The position numbers and the translations under genes are program-made. From an uncultured archaeon (GTDB lineage Archaea; Altiarchaeota; Altiarchaeia; IMC4; QMZM01), in contig CAZJVE010000002.1 in NCBI GenBank assembly GCA_964549685.1, positions 5,246 through 69,245 of the forward strand: DNA of 64,000 bases, read 5' to 3'. The first letter of the stretch is position 1; every line of letters begins with the position of its first letter. Positions 1-9,133 of this stretch are shown in pieces. The notes under the pieces were generated by a model, which searched no databases, was not told the origin of the DNA, and was given only the letters and a program-made list of their open reading frames with translations.

Positions 1-408
1 CTCCGCGCCGCCCATCCTGATACAGCCCCCCGCGTACTCGACCAGTACCCAGTGCCCGCCGGCAGAGGTCGGAATCTCGCCCTGTACGCAGGTCTCTGTC
101 CCCTCTATGAGGTCCTGAATCCTGCCTCCAAGGTCCAGCCTCATCTCGATGTAGTTATCCCCGCCCTCAATGGACTCGACGCCCTGTGGAATGGTAACGA
201 AAATCTTTGTCTTGGCCCCCTCGCCCTGCGAATAGACAAAATCAGCCGCATCAGCGAACTCCCTCAGCGCAGTCTTCCCCTGCACCGTCTTCAGGTTCCT
301 CTCATACGCGCTGTAATTCTCCTGAATAACGACGAAAAGAATTCCGAAGATGACCAGAACGACAGCAAGAATCACAATCATCTCGACAGATGCCTGGGCC
401 TTTTTCAT
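1..408 (-). CDS. archaeal type IV pilin-like protein with class III signal peptide (C-terminus cut by window edge)
   Basis: Absent from the ORF track because it runs off the left edge. ATG at 408, and the minus-strand frame stays open to position 1 (136 codons). The N-terminus MKKAQASVEMIVILAVVLVIFGILFVVIQ matches the K-[GA]-Q-x-S-x-E prepilin-peptidase motif followed by a hydrophobic helix. It replaces the implausible + strand ORF 52..414. Confidence 0.7.
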   Translation of the reverse strand, partial: MKKAQASVEMIVILAVVLVIFGILFVVIQENYSAYERNLKTVQGKTALREFADAADFVYSQGEGAKTKIFVTIPQGVESIEGGDNYIEMRLDLGGRIQDLIEGTETCVQGEIPTSAGGHWVLVEYAGGCIRMGGAE

Positions 409-440
409 CAGTAAAGAATTTGTTTTTGGGGTAAAAAACC

Positions 441-866
441 TTAATGCATCGGATTGATTACCTTTATCCCTGGAAACTTTCTAAAATCCTTGACGTTCTC
501 TGTGTATATCTCATGTATCTGATTTTCCAGCATAGTCTGCGCTATTAAAGCATCCCAGAAATGTGCATTCTTGATTTTACTTGTCCGCAGGATGGCCCCC
601 TTTACAGTATCTGAATTATAATCTCTTTTGACCCAGTTGTCTGATTCCACTATCCCATCAACTATGGTTTTTGCGTCTTCAGCAGAAATCGGATTTTCTA
701 TTTTCTTTGTAAGTACGACAAACAGTTCGGCAAGTATCTGATTGGAAACCACTAGTTGACTTTCACCCTTGAACCCAGATTCTACCAAGATCTTACACTT
801 CGCCCTCTTCTTTTTCTCTGAGAGGTCATAGGCGTATACTATAATACTTGTGTCTATGAACCTCAT
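441..866 (-). CDS. vapC: PIN-domain ribonuclease toxin VapC
   Basis: The N-terminus MRFIDTSIIVYAYD carries the PIN acidic residue. Size is 141 aa. A 4-nt ATGA overlap links it to the upstream small antitoxin gene. Confidence 0.85.
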   Translation of the reverse strand: MRFIDTSIIVYAYDLSEKKKRAKCKILVESGFKGESQLVVSNQILAELFVVLTKKIENPISAEDAKTIVDGIVESDNWVKRDYNSDTVKGAILRTSKIKNAHFWDALIAQTMLENQIHEIYTENVKDFRKFPGIKVINPMH

Positions 867-1096
867 CTTTCATACAGCTCGTCTCTGTCAAATCTCAAAG
901 CACCCATCTCAAAGCCCTTTTCCAGGAGCGCTAGTGCCTTGGCATCTGCCCTCTTTTCATTCTTCTTCATCCAGCAAAGCAGCGCCTCGTCTATCGCCTT
1001 TCCAAGGTGGCCCTTTCCCTTACCGTAGACAAGGCCGGCAACCCTCCTGAATCTACCTTCTACCTCATCCTTTACATTAACTGTAATAGTACCCAT
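863..1096 (-). CDS. putative VapB-type antitoxin
   Basis: 77-aa ORF translationally coupled (863..866 overlap) to the PIN toxin gene. An AT-rich promoter with repeated TTAATATATT lies directly upstream. Confidence 0.6.
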   Translation of the reverse strand: MGTITVNVKDEVEGRFRRVAGLVYGKGKGHLGKAIDEALLCWMKKNEKRADAKALALLEKGFEMGALRFDRDELYER

Positions 1097-1097
1097 T

Positions 1098-1123
1098 TTA
1101 ATATATTAGTTTTTAATATATTT
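1098..1123 (-). promoter_or_regulatory. AT-rich promoter/operator candidate of the vapBC pair
   Basis: Two copies of TTAATATATT (1098..1107 and 1113..1122) lie 15 bp apart, and TAATATATTA is itself palindromic. They sit immediately upstream of the antitoxin start at 1096. TA antitoxins commonly autoregulate through such repeats. Confidence 0.3.
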
Positions 1124-1156
1124 AAATGTTTATGTTTATAAATAGATTAAATCAGC

Positions 1157-1927
1157 TCAAGCCCCAACGACCTTTATCCAGATGGTCGCATACTTCTCCT
1201 CCTCCGTAATGCTGATGGAGGTGATGCCTATCCTCATGTCATCGACGACAATGTAAGGCAAACCGAGCTCGTTGGTTATGAACCACTCCAGCCTGCTGTC
1301 GTCGGGCTTTATGATGTGCAGATATGCCCCTATTATCCTCGACTTCCTGGATATTATTTTGCCAAGCCGGAACTTGTAGTCGCCGTCGTGCTTGAATCTC
1401 ATATACTTGCTTGCATTTATGCCGTAAAGGTTCGCGTATGAGTGGGCAGCGGGGCCCTTGTACGTCCCTTCATCGCCAAGGAATTCAAAGAAGGGCTTGT
1501 CCTCGATGCACTGTTCATCCTTGCCTGCTGACAGGATTAATTCGACGTGCTCCTTACCGATACATTGAGCATCGGGAGTGCCCGGCCTCCTGCACGTAAA
1601 GGTCAGGTACTGCGTGTACATATCATTGTCCTTGCAGGTATAATTCCTCGTGACCTTGATGCCATCATCGCCGCAGTCCGTATTCAGTGTGCAGGCTATC
1701 ACCTCCTCGATGCTGGTTGTGGTCGTGCTGGAGGTGCTGCTGGTCGTTGAGGATGTGATGCCGATAGTGGTTGAGGAAGTAGATGTGCTGCTGGTTGTTG
1801 TCGAGGGTATGCTGCTGACTGTGCTGGGCACGGTCGTAGGAACAGAACTCGTGGTCTCCTCCGGAACCTCATCCAGACAACCAGGAATCAATGCAATCAG
1901 AACCAACGCAAGGATTAATCTCTTCAT
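1157..1927 (-). CDS. secreted/lipobox protein with Ser/Thr-rich linker, function unknown
   Basis: The N-terminus MKRLILALVLIALIPGC is a signal peptide ending in Cys. It is followed by a ~55-aa S/T tract and then a Cys-containing globular domain. Confidence 0.6.
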   Translation of the reverse strand: MKRLILALVLIALIPGCLDEVPEETTSSVPTTVPSTVSSIPSTTTSSTSTSSTTIGITSSTTSSTSSTTTTSIEEVIACTLNTDCGDDGIKVTRNYTCKDNDMYTQYLTFTCRRPGTPDAQCIGKEHVELILSAGKDEQCIEDKPFFEFLGDEGTYKGPAAHSYANLYGINASKYMRFKHDGDYKFRLGKIISRKSRIIGAYLHIIKPDDSRLEWFITNELGLPYIVVDDMRIGITSISITEEEKYATIWIKVVGA

Positions 1928-1957
1928 AATTATCCTTAAATTTTCGAGAATAAATAC

Positions 1958-2518
1958 TCAGCCCAGGACCAGCTCAAAGGTAATGAACGCCTCGATGAAG
2001 GCGGCCAGAAGCAGCAGCGGAACAACGACAGTGAGGAAGATGAATATCCCCTCCTTAGTCCTTTTGATGAGTTCGTCCTTCCTCTCTCCCTTCGCAACAA
2101 CCACCCCAATTCCAATCCTCATCCCCAGAATCGCTGCAAGGAAAAAGGCAGGCAGCTCAAAGATAGCATGCGGAACCGTCGCCTTCAGAAACTCGAACCA
2201 GTCCAGCCCCTGAATCTCCATCATCCTCAGGATGAACCCGAACAGATAGCCGTTGGAGAAGACTATCAGCAGCGGGAGGATTACGGTAACGCCAAGAACC
2301 AGGAACATAACTGTTGCAGTCAGGTTGTTCATGAATATGTTGAAGGCGGTCTCAGACTTCGACTCTGCAAGAAGCCGCCTCACCATGTCCTTCAGGACGG
2401 GGACTATCTCCTCCTTGCTCTGGTCATAACTGGCATAGCCCGAGAGAATTCCCAGGAGGAAAGTCATGAGCACTATGAGAATTAATATCTTTTCCCCCTT
2501 TAGAATTTCAGTTATCAT
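1958..2518 (-). CDS. SpoIIM/DUF95-family integral membrane protein
   Basis: Multi-pass membrane protein containing the family-typical motif PHAIFELPAFFLAA. Confidence 0.6.
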   Translation of the reverse strand: MITEILKGEKILILIVLMTFLLGILSGYASYDQSKEEIVPVLKDMVRRLLAESKSETAFNIFMNNLTATVMFLVLGVTVILPLLIVFSNGYLFGFILRMMEIQGLDWFEFLKATVPHAIFELPAFFLAAILGMRIGIGVVVAKGERKDELIKRTKEGIFIFLTVVVPLLLLAAFIEAFITFELVLG

Positions 2519-3042
2519 AGGGCCCCACCGCAGAATTTGCAGTTCGATGCATCATCAGGATTACCTGTCCCGCATTTGGGACAGACGACCAGTATCTCCG
2601 GCGCCTCGATACTATCCTTCTCAGCTCTATTCTCCCCCGGCCCAGACTCGCTTCCCCCACGCGAACCGAATATCCTTCCTCTCCCTGAACCGAACCGGTA
2701 CGAGAACGCCGGCCCTCTCCTGGCTGCGGAGCCCATCGAGCCACCCAGGCCGGCAAGAACTACTCCGACAAAATTCCATAGCAACATTATCCACATCAGG
2801 AAGAAATTCCCGGATATCCCCCACCTGGGGAAGACGAAGAAGAGCAGAAATGCAAAGCCGAGGATTCCCGAGAAGAATCCGACCAGGAATCCCCTTGCCC
2901 TGGCAATTCTTCCCGCCGTAAGTCCCACCATAAAGGGTCCGAGCAGCGGAATCCAGTTCAGAACCACGTAGAGCGACGAGCCAACCAGAATTCCAGCAAC
3001 TGCCCTGAGAGTCCTATCCATTATATGTAAAAAAGCAACCAC
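2515..3042 (-). CDS. membrane protein with C-terminal zinc-ribbon
   Basis: Four hydrophobic helices and a Gly-rich linker precede the C-terminal CPKCGTGNPDDASNCKFCG (CxxC..CxxC). A 4-nt overlap joins it to the downstream gene. Confidence 0.55.
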   Translation of the reverse strand: MVAFLHIMDRTLRAVAGILVGSSLYVVLNWIPLLGPFMVGLTAGRIARARGFLVGFFSGILGFAFLLFFVFPRWGISGNFFLMWIMLLWNFVGVVLAGLGGSMGSAARRGPAFSYRFGSGRGRIFGSRGGSESGPGENRAEKDSIEAPEILVVCPKCGTGNPDDASNCKFCGGAL

Positions 3043-3063
3043 CCCATGAGTGGTTGCATTAAT

Positions 3064-3219
3064 TCAGTATTCTTCGTCTTCGTCCCCTGCGCCCCAGTTG
3101 TCCAGTTCCTCGTTTCCGAGGGTGCAGTCTCCCTCACCGAAGTAGTCACACTCTTCGCAGCACTGGGCCTTCATTGCGCATTCGCCGTAGTTCCAGCAGT
3201 TTTCGCAACACTTCGTCAC
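3064..3219 (-). CDS. 51-aa cysteine-rich acidic small protein (not in ORF track)
   Basis: Minus-strand sequence reads AGGTGG-ttcaa-GTG, i.e. an SD 5 nt upstream of a GTG start at 3219. The product is VTKCCENCWNYGECAMKAQCCEECDYFGEGDCTLGNEELDNWGAGDEDEEY, with TGA at 3064..3066. It has 8 Cys in the first 32 residues. It lies between the thermosome oligo-T terminator and the next gene, and a TTTAAAG TATA-like element is ~38 nt upstream. Confidence 0.5.
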   Translation of the reverse strand: MTKCCENCWNYGECAMKAQCCEECDYFGEGDCTLGNEELDNWGAGDEDEEY

Positions 3220-3257
3220 TTGAACCACCTACTAAAAATTAATTTGTTTAATGCTTT

Positions 3258-3283
3258 AAAAATGAAAATAAAAAAGAAAAAGA
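3258..3283 (-). terminator. oligo-T terminator downstream of the thermosome gene
   Basis: Minus strand reads CTTTTTCTTTTTTATTTTCATTTTT immediately after the thermosome stop codon. Archaeal terminators are oligo-T runs. Confidence 0.4.
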
Positions 3284-3292
3284 GAAAGGGGA

Positions 3293-4930
3293 TTACATCA
3301 TCCCCGGCATTCCGCCCATTCCGCCTTCAGGCATCGGGGGCATTCCTCCGCCCTTCTTCGTGGATGCAATCACATCGTCAATTCGCAAAATCATCACCGT
3401 AGCCTCTGAAGCAGATTTTACAGCCTGCGTCTTTATCTTCAGCGGCTCAATGACGTTCGCCTTCCACATATCGCCTGTCTTAGCGTCCTGCACCATTATT
3501 CCGACATCCGTTTTGCCCTTGTCGTGCTCGGACTTCAGCTTAACCAGTGTGTCAATTGCGTCCATTCCCGCACTTTCAGCCAAAGTCCTTGGAATTATCT
3601 CAACAGCATCGGCAAAACCGCCTATTGCAAGCTGTTCTCTCCCTCCAACTGACTCGGCGTACTCCCGCAGCTTTCTTGCAAGCTCAACCTCTGGAGCTCC
3701 TCCCCCAGCGACTACCTTGCCTATCTCTATTGCTGCTGCGACTCCGCCCAGCGCATCATTGACTGCTCTCTCTACCTCATCTACGACGTGCTCTGTCCCG
3801 CCTCTAACGAGGAAGCTGACCGCCTTCGGATTCTTGCAGCCTGACACAAAGACCATCTCGTCGCCGGATATCTTCCTCTCCTCAACGTCCTTGGCATAAC
3901 CAAGGTCCTTTGAACTGAGGTCCTTCAGGTTTGTCACTATTGATGCTCCGGTTGCCTTTGCAAGCTTCTCCATGTCGGACTTCTTTGCCCTCCTTACAGC
4001 AAAGATTCCCTTCTTGGAGATGAAGTGCTGTGCCAAATCATCTATGCCCTTCTGGCAGAAAACCACAGTGGCTCCGCTTGAAACGATGCTGTCGACCATC
4101 TCCTTCAGCATGTTCTCCTCCTGGGCAACAAACTTCTGTAGCTGCTCGGGGTCGGTAATCTGTATCTTTGCGTCTGTTTCGGTCTCCTTAATCTCAATCG
4201 CAGCGTCAAGCAGGGCAATCTTCGCATTGGAAACCTTCTTCGGCATTCCTGCATGCACTCTCTCTTTGTCTATTATTATCCCCTGAATCAGCTCTGAGTC
4301 GTTAACGCTGCCGCCTTCCTTCTTCTCGACCTTTACATTGTCCAGGTCGACGGTAAGCTTACCATCATCTTTCTCGGCAATCTGCGTTATTGCCTTTACT
4401 GAAAGGTCTGCCAGCATGTCCTTGGAAATCTCAGCGCCCTTTCCAGTCATTGCCGTAATCGCTATCTCCCTCAGAAGCTTTTCATCGTCTATGCCTACAT
4501 CCTTTCCTATCTCATTCAGAATGTCGTCCGCCTTCTTGGCAGCCATCCTGTAGCCCCTTGCGATTACTGTTGGATGTATGCTCTTGTCGAGAAGCCTCTC
4601 AGCAGCGCTAAGGAGCTCGCCTGTAATGACAACAGCAGTAGTCGTACCATCTCCAACTTCATCATCTTGCGTCTTCGCTACCTCAACCACCATCTTGGCG
4701 GCTGGATGCTCAACATTCATCTCATCAACTATCGTCGCTCCGTCGTTGGTGATTACTATATCACCAAGGTCATCCACCAACATCTTATCCATACCTCTCG
4801 GTCCAAGGGTTGTCCTAACGCTCTCGGCAACCGCCCTGCCAGCCATTATGTTCTGGCGCTGGGCGTCTCTCCCGCTGGTCCTCAAAGCACCTTCAGGTAG
4901 AATAAATATTGGTTGTCCTCCATTTGCCAT
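3293..4930 (-). CDS. ths: thermosome subunit (group II chaperonin)
   Basis: 545 aa. Motifs include GPRGMDKML and [10 protein letters not shown], and the C-terminal tail [10 protein letters not shown] is typical. Confidence 0.97.
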   Translation of the reverse strand: MANGGQPIFILPEGALRTSGRDAQRQNIMAGRAVAESVRTTLGPRGMDKMLVDDLGDIVITNDGATIVDEMNVEHPAAKMVVEVAKTQDDEVGDGTTTAVVITGELLSAAERLLDKSIHPTVIARGYRMAAKKADDILNEIGKDVGIDDEKLLREIAITAMTGKGAEISKDMLADLSVKAITQIAEKDDGKLTVDLDNVKVEKKEGGSVNDSELIQGIIIDKERVHAGMPKKVSNAKIALLDAAIEIKETETDAKIQITDPEQLQKFVAQEENMLKEMVDSIVSSGATVVFCQKGIDDLAQHFISKKGIFAVRRAKKSDMEKLAKATGASIVTNLKDLSSKDLGYAKDVEERKISGDEMVFVSGCKNPKAVSFLVRGGTEHVVDEVERAVNDALGGVAAAIEIGKVVAGGGAPEVELARKLREYAESVGGREQLAIGGFADAVEIIPRTLAESAGMDAIDTLVKLKSEHDKGKTDVGIMVQDAKTGDMWKANVIEPLKIKTQAVKSASEATVMILRIDDVIASTKKGGGMPPMPEGGMGGMPGMM

Positions 4931-4963
4931 TTTTACATTTCACCTCTTTTTGTTTAGTTTAGT

Positions 4964-5539
4964 CTAATCAACGTTTACCTTGACCCCGCTACTCTTAACC
5001 CTCCTTAATTTCACCTCAAGGACGCCGTTCTTGTAGCTGGCCTTTGTGGTGTCGGGCTTCACCCTTGCCGGAAGCCTGAGCTCTTTGTGGTACTTCCTGT
5101 CAGGAGTATCGACCCTAATCTGCAGGCTATCCTCGGTAGCAGACAAATCTATGTCCTTCTTCTCTATTCCTGGCAACTCTGCAATAATGGAAATCTCCTT
5201 TTCACCCTCGATAACATCGGTCAGGGGCTCCCTGTCTGTTGAAATCTCTGTCCCTTCCCCGCCGGAAACATTTCCAAACTCCTCGACATGCGGCTTTCCG
5301 TCAGGGCCCACTCTCATGGAAAAGCCATATACGTACGGGCCTTCCTCTCCCAGCCCTTCAATCGAGGCCTTCCTCATCTCCTCAAACATCTTGCCCATGT
5401 TCTTCTCCATCTCCTCAAATTCCCGGTCAAGCTCGTCAAAGATATCATCCCTGAACGGCCATCTCTTCTTTGGTGGGGACATTTTATTGCTTGTGATTTT
5501 TAATGGGTTTGGCTGTTTATCGCAAGTAAAAATATTCAC
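4964..5539 (-). CDS. Hsp20/alpha-crystallin small heat-shock protein
   Basis: The alpha-crystallin domain spans [17 protein letters not shown]...[10 protein letters not shown]. The true start is probably the internal ATG at 5482 ([10 protein letters not shown]...). Confidence 0.9.
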   Translation of the reverse strand: MNIFTCDKQPNPLKITSNKMSPPKKRWPFRDDIFDELDREFEEMEKNMGKMFEEMRKASIEGLGEEGPYVYGFSMRVGPDGKPHVEEFGNVSGGEGTEISTDREPLTDVIEGEKEISIIAELPGIEKKDIDLSATEDSLQIRVDTPDRKYHKELRLPARVKPDTTKASYKNGVLEVKLRRVKSSGVKVNVD

Positions 5540-5591
5540 ATGAGCCTTTAAAAAGCATCTATTTTATCCTCTGCAAACAATAATATTTAGT

Positions 5592-6800
5592 ATGGAACCG
5601 GTATTCGCCCTTACTATCTTCGGCGCCGTAATCCTGATGGGCTTCATAGGACAGTTCATATTCGAAAAGACCCATATTCCCGACATAATCTGGCTTCTCA
5701 TGTTCGGCATAATACTTGGTTCTGGGTTTCAGATTCTCTCCCCGACACAGCTATCGACTGCTGCTCCCGTACTCGCCTCCCTGGCCCTTGCCATAATCCT
5801 GTTCGACAGCGGCCTGAACATGAATTTCTACAAGGTCCTGAGGGAATTCCCGAGAGCAACAATAATGTCCGTCCTGAGCGTGGTCTTTTCCATGCTGTTC
5901 ATAGCGGCCATTGCAGTATCCGCCATGAACTGGTCCCTGCTGGAAGGACTCCTACTGGGAGCAATCGTAGGGGGCTCAAGCTCGGCCATAGTAATCCCCA
6001 TCGTCAGGGGCATAGACCTCAGGGACAGGATTACTATGATGCTCTCCCTCGAATCCACACTCACGGACACCCTCTGCATAGTCTTCGGCATAGCAATACT
6101 GGAGGTAATGAAGCAGGGCGAATTCAATATCTCCACTACGGCCCACGACATTCTATCTGCATTCTCAATTGCCGCTGTTATTGGTGTAATTGTGGGAATC
6201 ATATGGCTGTTCATCTACGACAAGCTAAAGGACCTGGATTATTCGCACAGGCTGAACCTCGCGGCCATCCTCATACTCTTTGCCTTCATAGAGTCTGTCA
6301 GGGGGAGTGGGGCCATAGGCGTCCTCTTCTTCGGCATAGTCATCAGCAACGGCAAGTACATGTCGGAAATTTTCAGGTTCAAGAAGACGCTCGAAATAGA
6401 CCGTGGAACCAAGACCTTCCAGTCCGACGTGACGTTCTTCGTAAAGACCTTCTTCTTCGTCTTCCTGGGCATGATTGTGACAATAAGCGACCTGAACACC
6501 ATACTCCTGGGGGTCGCCATGAGCGTCATTCTCCTGATTGCAAGAATCCCCGCCGTTCTCCTGAGCACCATGAAGTGCAAATTCGCGGGGTGGGAGAGGG
6601 CACTCATGCTGTTCATGTTCCCCCGGGGCCTTGCGGCAGCAGTACTTGCCCAATTACCTCTAATCTATGGCCTTGAGAACTACGCGGAATTCTCCAACCT
6701 CGCCTTCATAATAATAATCAGCACCATAGTAATCTGCATCATCGGCGTTTCGACGATAAGGCCGCCGGAAGAAGAGAAGAAGAAAGAGCCTAAGACCTAG
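5592..6800 (+). CDS. cation:proton antiporter (Na+/H+ exchanger family)
   Basis: About 11 TM helices. The N-terminus FGAVILMGFIGQFIFEKTHIPDIIWLLMFGIILG is typical of the CPA1 family. Confidence 0.85.
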   Translation: MEPVFALTIFGAVILMGFIGQFIFEKTHIPDIIWLLMFGIILGSGFQILSPTQLSTAAPVLASLALAIILFDSGLNMNFYKVLREFPRATIMSVLSVVFSMLFIAAIAVSAMNWSLLEGLLLGAIVGGSSSAIVIPIVRGIDLRDRITMMLSLESTLTDTLCIVFGIAILEVMKQGEFNISTTAHDILSAFSIAAVIGVIVGIIWLFIYDKLKDLDYSHRLNLAAILILFAFIESVRGSGAIGVLFFGIVISNGKYMSEIFRFKKTLEIDRGTKTFQSDVTFFVKTFFFVFLGMIVTISDLNTILLGVAMSVILLIARIPAVLLSTMKCKFAGWERALMLFMFPRGLAAAVLAQLPLIYGLENYAEFSNLAFIIIISTIVICIIGVSTIRPPEEEKKKEPKT

Positions 6801-7704
6801 CCAGAATCCTGACGAATTCCTCGACGTCCTTTATCTCGGCCAGCTCATCGGGCTTCATGATAAGGATGTCCGCGTCCTGCCTCCTGTTGCTGATGCATAC
6901 CTTATAGCCCCCAATAATCTCCGAGGCCTCGGTGAGCATCTCGACCTTCATCCCTATCCTCCTGCCGTCGTCGCTTACGATGCTGAGAATTCTCTTTTCG
7001 TGTGAATTCTCAAGCGACAGGATATCGAACGGGGCGTTGGTGGCCTGGCTCGAGAGACCAAAGTTCCGGAACTCCCTCAGCACGGTCTTCTTGAGCGAGG
7101 TGAGGTTCCTCTCCAGAATCCCTCCCGCAACCGGGTGAATCTCCTCCTCAGCAATGCTCCCCGGAACCCGTATCTCCTCGTGAAGGAAGTCCATCAGCCT
7201 GTTCGCAATATCCAGTGAAATTCTGCCTGAGTTCTCATACCTGTGGATACTCTGCTTTGAGACGCCCAGTTCTGTCGCCAGCTCCTCCTGCGTAAGGTCC
7301 AGCCCCCTCCTAAGCCTGCCCAGCAGCTCCGAGTCTATTCTGACACAATAGTTCCCCCTCACCGAATGGATGAACGGCATCCGGTCCCTCAGGATGTCCC
7401 CGAGAGTCTCGGCGTTTATCACATGGACGTCGTATCTTGAGTATATCACTCCTGTCGACAGTCCTGCCGACTTCATCCTCTCCCCTATGACGAGCGGCAC
7501 TGCATTGAGAAGCTCCGCAAGGTTTGCCAACTCCATGGCATTAATCCTCGAGAAGGCCTCTATATTGCCAAGAACCTTTATCAAAAGAAGTCCCCTCTTC
7601 TTTGCCAGTATGTCAAAACAGCTTCTCGTGCCGCTGCAGTCAGAGGTCCTGAAACCGGAATCGTGAAGGATTCCCAGCGCCCTTGAGACGAGTTCTGCTT
7701 TCAT
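6790..7704 (-). CDS. archaeal HTH (XRE/cro-C1 type) transcriptional regulator, COG1395 family
   Basis: About 300 aa with a central HTH, LTQEELATELGVSKQSIHRYENSG. The architecture matches the conserved archaeal 'putative HTH-type transcriptional regulatory protein' family. Confidence 0.8.
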   Translation of the reverse strand: MKAELVSRALGILHDSGFRTSDCSGTRSCFDILAKKRGLLLIKVLGNIEAFSRINAMELANLAELLNAVPLVIGERMKSAGLSTGVIYSRYDVHVINAETLGDILRDRMPFIHSVRGNYCVRIDSELLGRLRRGLDLTQEELATELGVSKQSIHRYENSGRISLDIANRLMDFLHEEIRVPGSIAEEEIHPVAGGILERNLTSLKKTVLREFRNFGLSSQATNAPFDILSLENSHEKRILSIVSDDGRRIGMKVEMLTEASEIIGGYKVCISNRRQDADILIMKPDELAEIKDVEEFVRILARS

Positions 7705-9092
7705 CCTTTTATGAATTTCTTATGCAGGGCCCTGACTACCCTGTCGCCGTCCTTCTCCTCGACTATGAACGAAATATTTACCTCAGAGGAACCCTGCGCT
7801 ATCATTATTATGTTGACGTCCTCGTCACTGACGGCCTGGAATACCCTGGCTGCAATCCCCTTCGCTCCATGCATCCCCACTCCGACGATTGTGATAATAC
7901 AAACATCCTCCATGAGGTCGATGTTCCTTACTCCGTTGCCAAGGAACCGCTCGTTCAGCCTCTCCACGGCCTTTGGAACGTCCTTCCTATCTATAACGAA
8001 CGAAAGGTTGGACTCCGAGGAGCCGGATATCATTATTATGTTGATATTCTCATCCCCAAGCAGCGTGAACACCTTCCCTGCAATATTCGGGGTCTCGGCC
8101 ATCCCTATCCCCTTGAGATTGACAATATCCACGTTCCTGTGGACGGCAACCGCCTTTATCACCGTCTCAATCTTCTTTTGCTCCCTCACTATGAGCGTGC
8201 CTTCCGACTCCGGGTTGAAGGTATTCTTAATCCTGACCGGGATGTCCGCATCCATGGCTGGGGCTATCATCTTCGAGTGTATCACCTTGGCTCCAAAGTA
8301 CGCCAAATCCATGGCCTCTACATAGGACAGGGTCTTGATGAGCATCGCCTCGGGCACTATCTTCGGGTCTGTGCTAAGAATGCCGTCAACATCAGTCCAA
8401 ATCTGGACCTCCTCTGCACTGAGGCATCTCCCAAGAAGCGAGGCAGTGTAATCCGAACCGCCCCTCCCCATGGTCGTTGTGTTGGCATCCTTGTCAGCAG
8501 CAATAAAGCCGGCTACGACCGGAACGATTCCATCCTCCACGACAGGACCGACCCTCTCCTTTACCGAGCTCTCCATCGTGCTATGCAACGGCCTTGCGCA
8601 GCCGAAATTCGAGTCCGTCACAATCCCTGCCTCTTGGCCAGTCAGCGCCCTTGCCTTGACTCCAGAGGCATTCAACGCCCCCGAAACGAGCAGAATCGAG
8701 AGCCTCTCGCCGAAGGAAACTACGTAGTCAAGCGACTTCGGGGACAGCTCCTCCAGGTAGCCGACTCCGAGCAAAGCCACCTTCAGCTCCTCCGCGGTCT
8801 TCTCTATCTCCTCCTTGACATCAGCAAGAACCTTCTTATCAGCAATGACCTCCTCTGCCGTTGAGATGTGCTTCTCCAGAATCTCCTTGTGAAAACTGTT
8901 GACCTCATTCTCTACAACGTTTGATGGTAGCTCTATAACCTTGTTAGCAGCAGCAAGAAGGCTGTTGGTCACCCCCGACATTGCCGAGACTACGACCACC
9001 TTCTCTCCGTCTCCTTTCGAGACCAATTCCACTACCCTCTTTATCTCCTTTGGCGAACCGACAGAGGTCCCGCCGAACTTCATCACTATCAT
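7701..9092 (-). CDS. lysC: aspartate kinase
   Basis: The N-terminus is MKFGGTSVG. It has an amino-acid kinase fold followed by two C-terminal ACT-like repeats. Confidence 0.95.
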   Translation of the reverse strand: MIVMKFGGTSVGSPKEIKRVVELVSKGDGEKVVVVSAMSGVTNSLLAAANKVIELPSNVVENEVNSFHKEILEKHISTAEEVIADKKVLADVKEEIEKTAEELKVALLGVGYLEELSPKSLDYVVSFGERLSILLVSGALNASGVKARALTGQEAGIVTDSNFGCARPLHSTMESSVKERVGPVVEDGIVPVVAGFIAADKDANTTTMGRGGSDYTASLLGRCLSAEEVQIWTDVDGILSTDPKIVPEAMLIKTLSYVEAMDLAYFGAKVIHSKMIAPAMDADIPVRIKNTFNPESEGTLIVREQKKIETVIKAVAVHRNVDIVNLKGIGMAETPNIAGKVFTLLGDENINIIMISGSSESNLSFVIDRKDVPKAVERLNERFLGNGVRNIDLMEDVCIITIVGVGMHGAKGIAARVFQAVSDEDVNIIMIAQGSSEVNISFIVEEKDGDRVVRALHKKFIKG

Positions 9093-9133
9093 CTTAACAA
9101 TTTAATTATTAGGGGATTACACGTCTATATATT

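Noticed and set aside
52-414. 120-aa plus-strand ORF from the track.
   Set aside because: The opposite strand encodes a convincing class III signal-peptide pilin with a proper start at 408. The plus-strand translation has no recognisable features.
441-1156. Search for flanking direct repeats around the VapBC pair, by analogy with the MNT/HEPN cassette.
   Set aside because: No matching sequences were found between the left (409..440) and right (1097..1156) flanks. Only the internal promoter repeat TTAATATATT is present.
7683-8864. 393-aa plus-strand ORF and the 204-aa ORF at 7711..8325.
   Set aside because: Both are antisense to the well-supported aspartate kinase gene, and their translations are Leu/Arg/His-rich nonsense.
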